This document shows, piece after piece, positions 14,694-31,099 of a stretch of DNA of 64,000 bases. How positions within the stretch are numbered: position 1 is the stretch's first letter; each line of letters opens with the position of its first letter. The notes under the pieces were generated by a model that was given only the letters and a program-made list of their open reading frames with translations, did no database searches and was not told the origin of the DNA. A program made the position numbers and the translations under genes. Source of the stretch: the human T2T-CHM13v2.0 reference genome, Homo sapiens; NCBI RefSeq assembly GCF_009914755.1, contig NC_060941.1, one strand, 5' to 3'.

Positions 14694-15907
14694 CAGAACA
14701 TTTTTTATATAAATGTTTTTCTACATTCCTAAACTGTTTGCTTTGAATAAATTCTCCAATATAGAATTATTGGTTGAAATATAGGAACTTTTTAAAAAGA
14801 CCTTTGATCAATATTTCTTAATTTTTCACAAGAATGTTTGTGTTAATTTATAGTTCAAGCAACAGAGCATGAACTGGTCACTTTTCTAAACCCAAAGTAA
14901 TTTTCAAAAAATTTATACAGTTTTATTCTTTTTGAAAAATTTTTTTTAAATTTCATAGCTTTAGGTATACAAGTGGTTTTCGGTTAAATGGATGAATTGT
15001 ATGGTGGTGAAGTCTGGGATTTTAGTGTGCCTATCACCCGAGTAGTACACATTGTACCTCAGTAGGTAGTTTCTCATCCCTCATCCTCCTCCCACACTCT
15101 CCCACTTCTGATTCTCCGATGTCCATTATACTACTGTGTCTGCATTTGTGCACCTATAGCTTAACTCCCTATTATGAGCGAGAATGTGGTTTTATTTGGC
15201 TTTCCATTCCTGAGTTAGTTCACTTAGAATAATGGCCTCCAGTCCCTTCCAAGTTGCTGCAAAAGACATTATTTCATTCTTCTTATGGCTGAGTAGTACT
15301 CCATGACATATATATACCACATATTATTTATTCCATTCATTGGTTGATGGACCCTTAGGTTGATTCCGTATCTTCGCAATTGTGAAATGTGCTGCAATAG
15401 ACATACGTTTGCAGGTGTTTTTTTTGATATAATGATTTCTTTTCCTTTGGGTAGATGCCCAGTAGGGGATTGTTGGATTGAATGGTAGCTCTATTTTAGT
15501 TGTTTGAGAAATCTGTCTACTGTTTTTCATAGAGGTTGTACTAATTTACATTTCCACCAGCAGTGTATAAGCATTTCCTTTTCACCACATCTGCACCAAC
15601 ATCTATTGTTTTTTGACTTTTTAATAATGAGCATGCTGGCTGGAGTAAGGTGATATCTCCTTGTTGTTTTAGTTTGTATTTCCGTGAATGTTAGTGCTGT
15701 TGAGCATTTTTAAATATGTTTGTTGGCCATTTGGGCATCTTCTTTTGAAAAATGTCTGTTCATGTCATTTGTGTACTTTTTGATGGGATTATTTGCATTT
15801 TCTTGCTGATTTGTTTGTCCTTTGTCAGATGCATAGTTTGCAAATATTTTCTCCTATTCTGTAGGTTCTCTTACTCTGATGATTATTTCTTTTGCTGTGC
15901 AGAAGCC

Positions 15908-16165
15908 TTTTCTTTTCTTTTCTTTTGAGGCAGAGTTTCACTCTTGTTGCCCAGGCTGGAGTATAATGGCGTGATCTCGGCTCATGGCTACCTCTGCCTC
16001 CCGGGTTCAAGCTATTCTCCTGCCTCAGCCTCCTGAGTAGCTGTGATTAAAGGCATTGCCACCACGCCTGGCTAATTTTGTATTTTTAGTAAGACAAGGT
16101 TTCTCCATGTTGGTCAGGCTGGTCTTGAACTCCTGACGTCAGGTGATTCTCCCACCTTGGCCTCC
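15908..16165 (-). mobile_element. AluS (Sp/Sq-like), 5'-truncated
   Basis: gagtttcactcttgttgccc; joined to an inverted Alu 3' fragment at 16166-16223. Confidence 0.8.
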
Positions 16166-16312
16166 GTGTCACTGCACTCCAGCCTGGGTGACAGAGCGAG
16201 ACTCTGTCTCAAAAAAAAAAAAATATATATATATATGAATTGTATGGTGGTGAACTCTGGGATTTTAGTGCGCCCATCACCTGAGTAGTACATATTGTAC
16301 CTCAGTAGGTAG

Positions 16313-16316
<4 letters not shown>

Positions 16317-16372
<56 letters not shown>
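16317..16372. repeat. (AT)n microsatellite
   Basis: Directly visible; a second short (AT)n at 16223-16236. Confidence 0.95.
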
Positions 16373-16508
16373 ATTTTTTGTTTTTTTTTGGTAGAGATGA
16401 GGTCTCATTATGTTGCCCAGGCTGGTCTCAAACTTCTGGGCTCAAGTCATTCTCCTGCCTTGGCCTCCCAAAGTACCGGGATTACAGATGTGAGCCACAT
16501 GTTAGGCC
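16373..16508 (-). mobile_element. FLAM_C/AluJ left monomer
   Basis: gtagagatgaggtctcattatgttgcccaggctgg... Confidence 0.75.
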
Positions 16509-18170
16509 TAATCCATCTTGAGTTAATTTTTATATATGGTGAGAGATAGGGATCCAGTTTCATTCTTCTACATGTGGCTATTCAATTTTCCCAACACCAT
16601 TTATTGAATAGGGTGTTCTTTGCCCAGTTTATGTCTTTGTACGCTTTGTGAAAGGTCAGTTGGTTATACATATTTGGCTTTATTTCTAGGTTCTCTATTC
16701 TGTTCCATTGGTCTACGTATGTACTTTTATACAAGTACCATGCTGTTTTGGTTACTTTAGCCTTGTCATATGGTTTTAGATCTGGTAATGTGATGTCTCT
16801 GGCTTCGTTCTTTTTGCTTGGGATTGCTTTGGCTATTCAGGCTCGTTTTTGATTCCCTGTGAATTTTAGGGGTACTTCCTCTAATTCTGTGAAGAATGAC
16901 AGTGGTATGTTAATAGGAATTGCATGGAATCTGTAGATTGCTTTGGTTAATATGATCATTTTCACTATATTGATTCTTCTAATCTATGAACATAGGGCAT
17001 ATTTCCATTTGTTTGTGTCATCTATGATTTCCTTCAGCAGTGCTTTCTAATTCTCCTTTTAGAGATCTTTCACCTCCTTGGTTAAGTATATTCCTAGGTT
17101 TTTGTTGTTGTTGTTGTTGTTGCAGCTGTTGTAAAAGGGATTAGGTTCTTGATTAGATTCTCACCTTGGTCATTCTTGATGTTTACTAGTGCTCCTGATT
17201 TGTGTACATTGATTTTGTAACATGAGACTTTTACTGATTTCATTGATTAAATCTAGGAGTCTTTAGGGTTTTCTAAGCTAAAACAGAGATAGTTTGACTT
17301 TGTCTTTTCCAATTTGGATGCCCTTTATTTATTTCTCTTACCTGATTGCTCTGGCTAGGACTTCCCAGTTTTATTCTAAATATGCACGAAATAAGTAAAA
17401 TGGACAGTAATTGATGATTATTTTATTCCATATCTCTCATATGCAGATAAAATTAATTCCAAATTCATTGTTGAAACACATATTATCCTTTACTTTTAAA
17501 TATTAGATCCTGTCTTGTTCCAAAAAGGGATTTTAAAATTGGTGATGAAATACTTAAGAATCAAGAAGATAAGTTGAAAGTGTTACCCAAAAGAGAAACA
17601 TAAAAAGGATGGGGTAACAGTTATAGACAGCTTAGGCTAGTCTTGGATTATAGTAATCTGCAGATACATGGTGTGTGAATGACATCTGAAGGTGTTATCT
17701 TACACTGTAAATCATTTTTATGACTACACATATACTATTTCATGAAGATGAAAATGCATTTCTAGTGAATTTCTAAACTTGTTTGTAAACAGTAACTTCT
17801 TTTAAATTAGCTAACTCTAAATGATCTGTTCTAATTAATTTTCAACTTGCATAACGTGAAAAAGAAGTAATTTTCAACTTGTAACTTTACTGAAAAATTT
17901 CAAATATGCTTTTCCATAATATTTACCAGGGTTACTAGTAACAGAAACTTACCAGTTAATGGAATATTTCTTTCCTCACTACCTCTCAAATATATATGTC
18001 CCTTGGAAGAGATCGAAGTGAGAAATTAAAAACATGAGAACTAGAAAGGAAACAAGAGCATAGGAGTTTTTATGAGGATAATAAACCCACATGGGAAGAG
18101 CCAGATCACAGAATAAACTTTTTTATTTTTTAACAAAACACATTTTAATGTAATCCATGTTTAACTGCAG

Positions 18171-18354
18171 ACTTGCCTTAAAACAAGAAAATGAGGAGAA
18201 AAGAAATGCCGATATGTTGTATAATAAAGATAGTGAACAGTTAAGAATAAAAGAAGAGGAGTGTGGGAAAGTGGTTGAAACAAAGCAACAACTTAAATGG
18301 AATCTGAGAAGACTTGTTAAGGAATTGAGGACAGTAAGAAATAACTTGGATCTA
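18171..18354 (+). CDS. CCDC144A: CCDC144-family coding exon ([19 protein letters not shown]...RNNLDL)
   Basis: ttaactgcag|ACTTGC ... CTA|gtaaat; 184 nt, phase 2-0; ORF 18157..18363. Confidence 0.87.
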
Positions 18355-18908
18355 GTAAATTAATCTTTGGTGTAAACTTCATTTTTCTAACTTTATGTTT
18401 CATCGGTATTACTTATAATTTTTTGCCTTCATGTATATCATTTAGGTTTAAAATAAACCAAAACTGTTATTTCCTCTTAAGAATGAACTATGACATTTAT
18501 AGATAAAATTATTTACTGTAAACCTTGTCATCTAATAGATGCTCAGTCTGTGTTTTTAGAGTGGAGGATAAGTTGAGTTTAATCACTAATATAGCTGTTC
18601 ATTTACACATTTTTTATGTTAAAATACAGGCTAAATAGCTTTGAAACTATAAGGACACTAGTTAAATGTTTTGAAAGAAATTTTATTTCACAATGCTGTA
18701 TCTTCTCGTAGTTAAGAACTGTTTTTCCTCTTTGACAGATTTAGCTGTCATGTATGCAATTAAGATTTGAGTGATTCTTGAGGGATAAAAGTTCTTGTGT
18801 TTTAACAGGCTACTTCTTTTTAACCGTTTTATAAGAGAGGCTCTGCTCTTAACCTTTTAGATTTTCTTTTTCAGTGCTATTAGACCAAAACCTCCATGTT
18901 ATCTCTAG

Positions 18909-19037
18909 GTTGTGCAGGAGAGAAACGATGCCCAGAAGCAACTTTCTGAAGAACAGGATGCCAGAATATTACAAGATCAGATTCTGACGAGTAAACAAAA
19001 GGAACTAGAAATGGCTCGAAAGAAAATGAATTCTGAG
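18909..19037 (+). CDS. CCDC144A: CCDC144-family coding exon ([43 protein letters not shown])
   Basis: atctctag|GTTGTG ... GAG|gtattt; 129 nt, phase 0-0. Confidence 0.9.
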
Positions 19038-19133
19038 GTATTTTCTTTAGTCATTTTCAAATATATTTTTGTATGTGAATATATTTTTAAAAAACAACTC
19101 TGTGCAACTTGGAAAGTACAATGGATTTTTGAA

Positions 19134-19135
<2 letters not shown>

Positions 19136-19168
<33 letters not shown>
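19136..19168. repeat. (CA)n microsatellite
   Basis: ~16 perfect units, ~100 nt downstream of the donor at 19037. Confidence 0.95.
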
Positions 19169-19169
<1 letters not shown>

Positions 19170-19630
19170 TTGGGGGTGGTGATGGTGGTTCTGGCATTTT
19201 TGGCTCATTGAATAAAGTCATGTTCTTAATTCAACTCCATTTGTTTGCAAGAGTCAAGTAGTGACATTCACAGTGGCCTTATCCAAAGGAGAAACATTTG
19301 TTATTTTTCATAGAATTAATGATCTTTCCACAATCTCAAAATCCTTGCTACTAACAACAGACGTTCTAGTTTTCAGACATTATTTCATCTTCCTAATATA
19401 TTAATGGAGAGGTTAGATTATTATTTCCACTTATAGTAAGGATGAAATGTATAGCCAGTTCAGAGGCCGTACTTCAGATGCCGTTTCCCTTACTTTTGAG
19501 GAGAGTAACAGTTTGCTCCAAGTAGCGTCTCATTTCAGTGCAAAGAGCTTTGAAAACAATGATATGCCATAATATAAACTTGGTGATAATTTATTGGTAA
19601 GTGTTTTTTCTTAGAAAAATAGTTCAGTGT

Positions 19631-19896
19631 GTGGGAGACTGAGGCGGGTGGATCACGAGGTCAGGAGATCAAGACCATCCTGGCTAACGCGGTGAAACCC
19701 CATCTCTACTAAAAATACAAAAAAAATTAGCCAGGCGTGGTGGCGGGAACCTGTAGTCCCAGCTACTCGGGAGGCTGAGGCAGGAGAATGGCGTGAACCC
19801 TGGGTGGCGGAGCTTGCAGTCAGCCAAAATTGGGCCACTGCCCTCCAGCCTGGGTAACAGTGCGAGACTCCGTCTCAAAAAAAAAAAAAAAAGAAA
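19631..19896 (+). mobile_element. 5'-truncated AluY
   Basis: 18-bp TSD agaaaaatagttcagtgt at 19613-19630 and 19897-19914. Confidence 0.9.
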
Positions 19897-20200
19897 AGAA
19901 AAATAGTTCAGTGTATTTCACCCTGTTTCATGCTTATTTCTGTTTCAGACATTATAAAGAGGAAACTTAAGTTATTGTAATAACAGATAATCTCATGATT
20001 TTCTAAGAAAAGCTCTGTAACTTCTTTTTTTACCACTGGTGTTTTGAAATAAGCCTCTTTTATATTTATATATACACAACACAGAAGTAATTGTGGTTTG
20101 GTGGAAGAGCACTAGAAGTAAAGTAAGGGGACCTAGGGAAAATCCTGCAACTTGCATATTTTTTGACCTCTCCTTTCAGAATTGTGTATAAATGAGTTCA

Positions 20201-20530
<330 letters not shown>

Positions 20531-21061
20531 GCCTAATATAATGCTTAGATTTAGCATTTATGAATAAATGTAATTCTTATATAACTGATGAGAAAAATGT
20601 TAGAAAAATAAATAGCTATAGAATATTCTCAGGAAAAAAAGAACTTAAAGAACGTTGGAACATTTCCTCTGTCCAGATATATGCAAAGCTACAGCTTTTA
20701 CTATAGGGTGGTGTATAGGTTAGATGTCAGAGTATAAAGCCAATTTTTTAATGTAGTCAAATTTATTAATCTTTAATGCCTTTGAGTTTGTTGTAATTTG
20801 GAGACCGTCTTTTCCAATTCTGAGATGCTTAAAAATTCTCTAGTTATTTATGTTCTACATTCATGGATTCATTGTCTTCAAATAAACTTATGAAGTTTTG
20901 GGAATTTATGCTCTATGAGGTTTGAAGTTTCGATAGAATATTTTTTTCCAGTTGGATATCCACTTATGGCAATCTTTTCATTGTATACATTATTTAATTT
21001 CAGAGAAAATCATAATCTGTCATTTTATTGAGTGCTACTGAATGTTTCCTTTCTTACTTAG

Positions 21062-22015
21062 ATTTCTCATAGGCATCAGAAAGAAAAGGATCTCTTTCAT
21101 GAAGATTGCATGTTGCAGGAAGAAATTGCCTTGCTGAGACTGGAAATAGATACAATAAAAAATCAGAACAAGCAAAAGGAAAAGAAATATTTTGAGGACA
21201 TTGAGGCTGTGAAAGAAAAGAATGATAACCTTCAAAAAATTATAAAACTAAATGAGGAAACATTAACAGAAACAATACTCCAGTACAGTGGACAGCTGAA
21301 CAATCTGACAGCTGAGAACAAAATACTCAATTCTGAACTGGAGAATGGGAAACAGAACCAAGAAAGACTAGAAATAGAAATGGAATCATACCGTTGTAGA
21401 CTAGCTGCTGCTGTACGTGACTGTGATCAAAGTCAGACAGCAAGAGACCTAAAACTTGATTTCCAGAGAACAAGACAAGAGTGGGTTCGTTTACATGACA
21501 AAATGAAGGTTGATATGTCTGGCCTACAAGCTAAGAATGAGATTCTTTCTGAAAAACTTTCTAATGCTGAAAGTAAAATTAACAGCCTACAAATTCAGCT
21601 CCATAACACAAGAGATGCTCTTGGAAGAGAGAGTTTGATTTTGGAACGTGTGCAAAGAGACCTCAGCCAAACACAGTGTCAGAAGAAAGAAACTGAACAA
21701 ATGTACCAAATTGAACAAAGCAAACTGAAGAAATACATTGCCAAGCAGGAATCTGTAGAGGAGAGATTATCTCAACTACAAAGTGAAAATATGTTGCTTC
21801 GACAGCAACTGGATGATGCTCACAAGAAAGCTAACAGTCAAGAAAAGACAAGCAGTACTATCCAAGACCAGTTTCATTCTGCTGCCAAAAATCTTCAAGC
21901 TGAGAGTGAAAAGCAGATTCTTTCACTACAAGAGAAGAACAAGGAGCTGATGGATGAATATAATCATTTAAAAGAAAGAATGGATCAATGTGAGAAAGAG
22001 AAAGCAGGAAGAAAA
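21062..22015 (+). CDS. CCDC144A: Large CCDC144-family coding exon (318 codons; CCDC144C-type coiled-coil domain shared with ANKRD26/18/20/30/36)
   Basis: ttcttacttag|ATTTCT ... AGAAAA|gtaagt; 954 nt, phase 0-0; ORF 21110..22090 with [17 protein letters not shown] and [21 protein letters not shown] motifs. Confidence 0.93.
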
Positions 22016-22550
22016 GTAAGTATTAAGAAAGATAAAATATTTTTCAACCTTCCTGAAAGAAAATGTAAAGTAATATTTGGTTATGGCTAAATGTTGTATC
22101 TAGTTGAATATAAAATGTATAGATCATAAATGTACTTGCTGTATCAGCCTAGAAATGTACCAGTGAAAAAGAAGTTAAACCTGAAAGATGCTTTACTTTG
22201 CATAAAGAAATTGTGTCACCTATGAAATTTCAAGTTCAGTTACAGTGTTAATAGGTACAGACTAATACTCATGATGTAGTCTTATGCTGCTGAAATGATC
22301 ATTGCAATGCCTTTATGTGGCCATGTTTTAATACCATGATGAAGCAGATAAACAGAAATGCTCATACCTGACATGAGTATTTTGAAATTAAGATTCAGTG
22401 GGGAGGGTTGCTTTGACCGTTAATTCCAGATTTCCCAGGTGAACTGAAGTATACTGCTGTATCTCATAATACTTTTCCTTCAGTAATTTTGTAATGTATT
22501 TAAGTTGGTATAATTTTATTTTTATTCATATCAATTTGACTTAAATCTGA

Positions 22551-22826
<276 letters not shown>

Positions 22827-23332
22827 TGAATTTCAGCAAAGCCATGTTACATTTAATCTTACCACTGGTATTTATAATTTACTTTGAATGTTTTTACAAA
22901 GAATTTGCTCATAATTTTCATTTCAAGGCTCACTGCCTATCATTCGGATATAACTTTGATAGTACAAAGGTAACTGTGGCTATCTGTGATTTATTTGTTT
23001 GGCACTGAGTCCCATTTTCAAACTAATCAGAAGTGGCAGGATTCACATATAGCAGGAATGGACTGAATCGGTGAGACAGTTGTAGGAGCTGAGATCAGGA
23101 GGGAGGTAGAGGCCAGGTTACCTAGGGCCTCAAAGGCCATTGGAATTTTACTTGTATTGTGAGATAGGAATCTTTTAGAAGGATCTGAGCAGGCAATTGA
23201 ATATGCAAGGAACTCTGAGGTTGATTTGAGCTTCTAATAAAAAACAGGGAAAACATTTTACCAGTGTGGGATGTACCACCAGCAGCCCCACCCACGTACC
23301 AAATTCTTTTTGAGACTTCAGTAGGTTGTTAA

Positions 23333-23842
<510 letters not shown>

Positions 23843-23910
23843 TTAAATCTTACTACCATAATTTAATAATAAGGTGATTTATAAATCAGTAACAAAAAAT
23901 ACCTTCACAG

Positions 23911-24048
23911 GTAGTTATGAGAGAATTCCAACAAGAATGGACCGATCTCCTAAAACAACAACCTACATCAGAGGCTACCTCACGTTGTCACATTAATTTA
24001 GATGAGACACAGGATTCAAAGAAGAAATTGGGTCAAATCAGAAGTGAA
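23911..24048 (+). CDS. CCDC144A: Probable in-frame cassette exon (VVMREFQQEWTDLLKQQPTSEATSRCHINLDETQDSKKKLGQIRSE)
   Basis: ccttcacag|GTAGTT ... GAA|gtatgt; 138 nt, phase 0-0, no stop; resembles ANKRD26 VVVRQLQQELADTLKKQ...KKKLGQIRNQ; absent from the ORF track. Confidence 0.72.
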
Positions 24049-24699
24049 GTATGTATGAAACATAACATGTCAACAGTTAATCTATAGGTGGTGAAATAAT
24101 GTCAGATGTTTTAGGATACTGATTGCAGTGGATAGCTTTCTTTTGTATTTTTATTATAATTCATTTTATTACAATTTAATTATCTTTATAATACACTTGT
24201 TTCTTAACCTCTGGCTTTCATTCTGTCTTTTTCTCCTCATAAGTACATACATTTTAAAAATAAGGATCATTTCCAAAGATCCTTAGGAAAATTGGGAATT
24301 ATTCAGTATTCCTGACAGAAGTTGAGAGGCTTTTTTTTTCCTGTGAAGTAGTATTTTTTTAGTGATTTCTCTATTGCCATGGTGAGGCAAGCCAGATTAA
24401 ATTATAGGATAATGTTTAATAGAATGTTCCAGAAAATTGTCTTATTTCTTATCTTTTGTGAATGGGTACAGAATCTGTGTATATTTATTTCATGAATTTC
24501 AGGATAACTGGTACAGAAAGGCCATAGTACTGTTCTCCAAAATGCAAATGTTTTAATTTACAAACTACTTGAAATGTTAGGTACTTCCTTTATTTTCCTT
24601 TCATTTTAAATATATTGTGCTTTTTTACAAATCATGTATAGTATGTACATCCAAAGTAGAGAATTAAGAGATATATCTAGATTCTACCACTGAATTTTT

Positions 24700-26155
24700 A
24701 AAAACAAGTTTACTGAGAGAGAATTCTCATACCATACAGTTTACCCATTGAACGTGTACAATTCATGGTCTCTTAATATATTCACAGAGTTGCATAACCA
24801 TCACCATCATCAATTGTAGGACATTTTCATGACCCTGAAAAGAATCAGCAATCTATTTTGTTTCCATAGATTAGCCCATTCTGGACACCACGTATCAATT
24901 GGATCACACAATGTGTGGTGGTCTTTTGTGACTGGCTTCTTCTACTTAGCATAACATTTTTAAGGTTCATTGTGTTGTAACATGTATCAATATTTAATTT
25001 CATCTTATTGCTGAGTAATTTTCCACTGTATGGACATACCACTAATTTATTTAGCCATTCATCCGTTGATGGACCTTTGGGTTGTTTCCATGTTTTGGCT
25101 ATTATTAATCATGCTGCTGTGAACTTTTATTTACAAGTTTTTGTGTTTGTATATGTATTCCTTTCTCTTGGGTATATACATATGAGTTGAATTTCTGGGT
25201 CATATGGTAACACTATGCTCAACCTTTTGAGGAGCTGCCAGTCTGCTTTCCAAAGTGGTTGCACCATTTTACGTTCCCATCAGCATTGTATGAGGGTTCT
25301 AATTTCTCCACATCCTTGCCAACATTTTTCATATTTTTGATTGAAAAAGGATTCCAACCTAGAGGTATGAAGTGGTACCTCATTGTGGTTTTGATTCACA
25401 TTTCCCTAATGATGAATGACTTTAAGCCTCTTTTTATGTGCTTATGAGCCACTTGTATATCTTCTTTGGAGAAATATCTGTTCAAATCTTTTGCCCACAT
25501 TAAAATTGGGTTGTCCTAAATTTCTGAATTTTAAGAGTTCTTTATATACCCTAGGTGTAAGTCCCTTATCAGATATGTTTCCAAATATTTTCAATGGCTT
25601 TCCTTTTTATTTTCTTTTTTATGATTTATTATGTTTTTAAAATTTATATAATTTTAAATTGTAGAGAGAAGGTCTCACTATGTTGTCCAGGCTGGTTTTG
25701 AACTCCTGAGCTCAAGCAATCCTCCCACCTCGGCCTCCCAAGTGTTGGGATTATAGGTGTAAGCCACCATGCCCAGCCTCCTTTTCACTTTCTTGATGGT
25801 CTCTGTTCAAGCACAGAAGTTTCACATTTTGATGAAGTCCAGTTAATTTTTTTGTTTGTTTGTTTTGCAGTCACAAAGATTTATGGCTATGTTTTCTTCT
25901 AGGAATTTTATAGTTTTAGTTCTTACATTTAGCGGTTCTATTTTGTTACTTTTAGGTATGACATTTGGTGAAGTCCACCTTTATTCTTTTGCATGTGGAT
26001 ATACCGTTTTCCCAGAACCATTTGTTGAAAAATCTATTCATTTCTCATTTAATTTTTTTTACACCCTTGTTGAAAATCAGTTGACCATAAAAATGTGTGT
26101 TTGTTTTTGGATTCTCAGTTATAATATATTGAGCTATGTCTATCCTTATGCCAGT
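24700..26155 (-). mobile_element. L1M (MB-like) 3' fragment containing a FLAM at ~25658-25777
   Basis: L1M 3'UTR and ORF2 C-terminal motifs. Confidence 0.75.
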
Positions 26156-27509
26156 AGCAAATCACATTTTAGGAAAATTCATTTTCAGTCCTGTTGCTTA
26201 TTACCAGTTGTCTTATGTAAGAATAGAAATTCAAGTAGTAGAATGTCTTTAATTTCACTTTTTGCTTCTTGAAGGAGTGTATGGCCAGCTTATGCCTTGC
26301 TGACTCCATGACATGATGAGAGTCAGGCTTACGAAGACAGATCCCATTAATTTTTTTTCTCCAGTCATACCTTTTGTCTCTCACCCAGTGCCTCTCTCTT
26401 CATTCCCATTTCCATCAAATCTTGGTCACAGGATATGCTGACTCCTTCTACTATTTACTGCATTATGTTTTTATTAACTCATTGTAAGTCATAGAGTCAT
26501 GTGTAGATTTTAACTATCTATGAAGGGCAAGATTAAGTCTAGGCTGTCATCTTTCCTCATTGGAAATTGAGCTAATTCATCATGTTGCAGTTTACAGTTA
26601 GATACTCTTTTGACCCAGCACCTGGTTCTCTTGTACACTCCCGGAGCTGAATCCTCTTCTTGGCACAGATACTACATTCTCAGAAACCAGAGTTCCCTGC
26701 ATTTACCTCCTTTTGCTTAAATAGAGATGCATAGCTATGCTTTTATAGTTCAATACATAATTCATTGAATAAATACTTCAACCCATTCAAAGAACAACTT
26801 CCAGGAGTACAGCAACTGGAAATCAGGTCATGTCCAGGCATTTATCAGAAACAAATGGTTGAATTAGTTGTATGAATTTCAAAATTTCAGAGCCAATTTT
26901 TATGATATGGAGAAGCATTTTGATACAACATAAAGATGAGATGCTCTTCTCTTCTCCATACAAATGAGCTTGAAGTAAGGTAAAGGGGAAATTGCATTTA
27001 ATAGCTTAACACTCAAAGGACACTACATTTTTACTTCTGAGATTGTTAAAACTGATTCCATAATATTTTGTTAATTTTCTCACTGAGGAAATGGAAATGA
27101 AGATTGAATCCTAGATTGATTAATAAATATCCAAAGCTGCTTATTACTTTTAGAATTTCAGTTCATTGAAATCAGGTACAATGTCTGATTTTTGGTTATT
27201 AATCAAATATTTCTGGTTTTTTCAACTTTATACTTCAAATTATATATCTCCTTCCTTCTTCATCTTCCTTATTTCATAACTCGGGGGACAAATTCTAAAA
27301 GCCTCACTGGCTTAGTCATCAGAATTTGTAATCGAAAGGAACTTTTTCTAAACTTCCTCTGCAGTAGTTCTTACATCCTTCTCCTGGTTGTCTGCTGCTT
27401 CCCATTAGAGTTGTTTGTCATTAATAAATTAACCTCAACATTTTTTAGATCTTACTTTAAAGGAGACTAATTTCTACTGGGTATGTTATTCTATTTCTTG
27501 TTGTCTCCT

Positions 27510-27960
27510 TGTTTAAATTTATTTTTCTGGTTATTTTTTCCTAACAAATTACCCAAAGTTGAGTGGCTAAGAACAACATTCGTTAAGTTCACCAATCTGT
27601 GGCTTGGGAAAACCTTGGCTGGGACAGCTTGCCTCTGCTCCCTTCAGCTTCACTTGGGATAAATCAAAGGCTGAGGGACTGGAATCATCTGAAGGTTTGT
27701 TCACTAAGATGTCTGTTGCTGATGGTGGCTATTGGTTGGAACTTTAGCTGGGGCAGGTTGCCCAAATATCTACATTGGAACTCCTAGGCTCTCTTTGTGG
27801 CCTAAGCTTCCTCACAGCATGGGGGCTGGGGTCCAAGGGTGAGCAGTCTGCGGTAGAGAGCCTCTTCTAACTTAATGTTGGAAGCCACATGGTTATCACT
27901 TTTAACACTTTCTGTTCATTAGAAGCAAGTCACTAAGTTTCACCCATAGTCTGTATATAG
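27510..27960. mobile_element. MLT1 (H-like) MaLR LTR, first part (remainder at ~44505-44560)
   Basis: aacaaattacccaaa...ggctgggacagc...ttcctcacagcatgg...aagcaagtcactaag; similar to the LTR at 46204-46697. Confidence 0.7.
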
Positions 27961-28129
27961 GATGAATGATTTTGCTTTTATTTTTATTGATGTATTTTTT
28001 TTTAGACATGGTGTCTTATTATGTTACCCAGGCCGGCCTTGACCTCCATGGCTCAAGAATTCTTCCTGCCTCTGCCTCCCAAGTAGCTGAGACCACAGGA
28101 ATGTGACACCACACCTGGCTTCTTTAGAT

Positions 28130-30012
<1,883 letters not shown>

Positions 30013-31099
30013 TTTTTGTTGCAAGTTATAAAGGGCATTTTATTTTTATCTTATTCTTTCTCTTTCTTAACTTTCAGATTCAGGGAGTACATGTGCAGGT
30101 TTGTTACACAGGTATATTGCATAATGCTTAGGTTTAGGGTGCAGTTGAACCTATCACCCAGGTAATGAGCATAGTACCTGGCATGTCATTTTTCAACCAT
30201 TGTCCAACCCAGTCCCCCTTCTTATAGTCCCCACTGTCTATTGCTCCCATCTTTATGTCCATGTGTACCCAATGTTTAGCTCCCACTTATAAGTGAGAAC
30301 ATGTAGTATTTGGTTTTCTGTTTCTGCATCAGTTTGCTTAGGATAATGGCCTCCAGCTGCATCCATGTTGCTGCAAAGGGCAGTATTTTGTTCTTTTTAT
30401 AGTTGCATAGTATTCCATATTGTATATGTGCTACATTTTCTTAATCCAGTGCATCATTGATGAGCTTCTGGTTTTATTCCATATCTTTGCTGTTGTGAAT
30501 AGTGCTGCAGTGAACATTGGGTGCATGTGTCTTTTTGGTAGAATGATTTTTTGGTGGTGAGAAGTGGATATTTAACCAACTAATGGGATTGCTGGGTTGA
30601 ATGGCAGTTCTACTTTTAGTTCCGTGAGAGAAACCTCCAAACTGCTTTCCACAGTGGCTGAACGAATTTACCATTTTCTCCAATAGTGTATTAGAATTCC
30701 CTTTTCACTGTAGCAGCTCTGCCAAAATCTGGGTTGTTGTTGCTTATTTTTTGACTTTCTAGTAATAGCCATTATGTCTGGTGTGAGATGGTATGTCATT
30801 GTGGCTTTGATTTGCTTTTCTCTGATGATCAGTGATGATGAGCATTTTTTCATATGTTTGCTCTCCACTTTTATGTCTTTTTTGGAGAAGTGTCTGTTAA
30901 TGTATTTTGCCCGCTTTTATATATTTTTTTAAATTCTTGTTTGTTGATTTAAGTTCCTTATAGGTTCTGGATATTAGAACTTTGTTCAATGCATAGCTTG
31001 TAAATACATTCTTTCATTGTTTAGGTTGCCTATTTAGTCTCTTGAATGGTTCCTTTTCCTATGCAGAAGCTCCTTTGTTTAACTAGGTCCCAATTTTTC

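Larger units (their letters stand above)
14940..17365 (-). mobile_element. L1 (L1PB-like) 3' portion, interrupted at 15908-16508 by Alu/microsatellite material
   Basis: ORF2 C-terminal-like peptide 15324..15530 and typical L1 3'UTR. Confidence 0.85.

Noticed and set aside
22016-22090. Extension of ORF 21110..22090 as a standalone 326-aa gene
   Set aside because: Coiled-coil homology stops at a strong AAA|gtaagt donor; the tail is intron read-through
27449-27480. Possible 32-nt exon (ttttttag|...ACTGG|gtatgt)
   Set aside because: Stop at the fourth codon in phase 0, non-triplet length, no recognisable homology; probably chance
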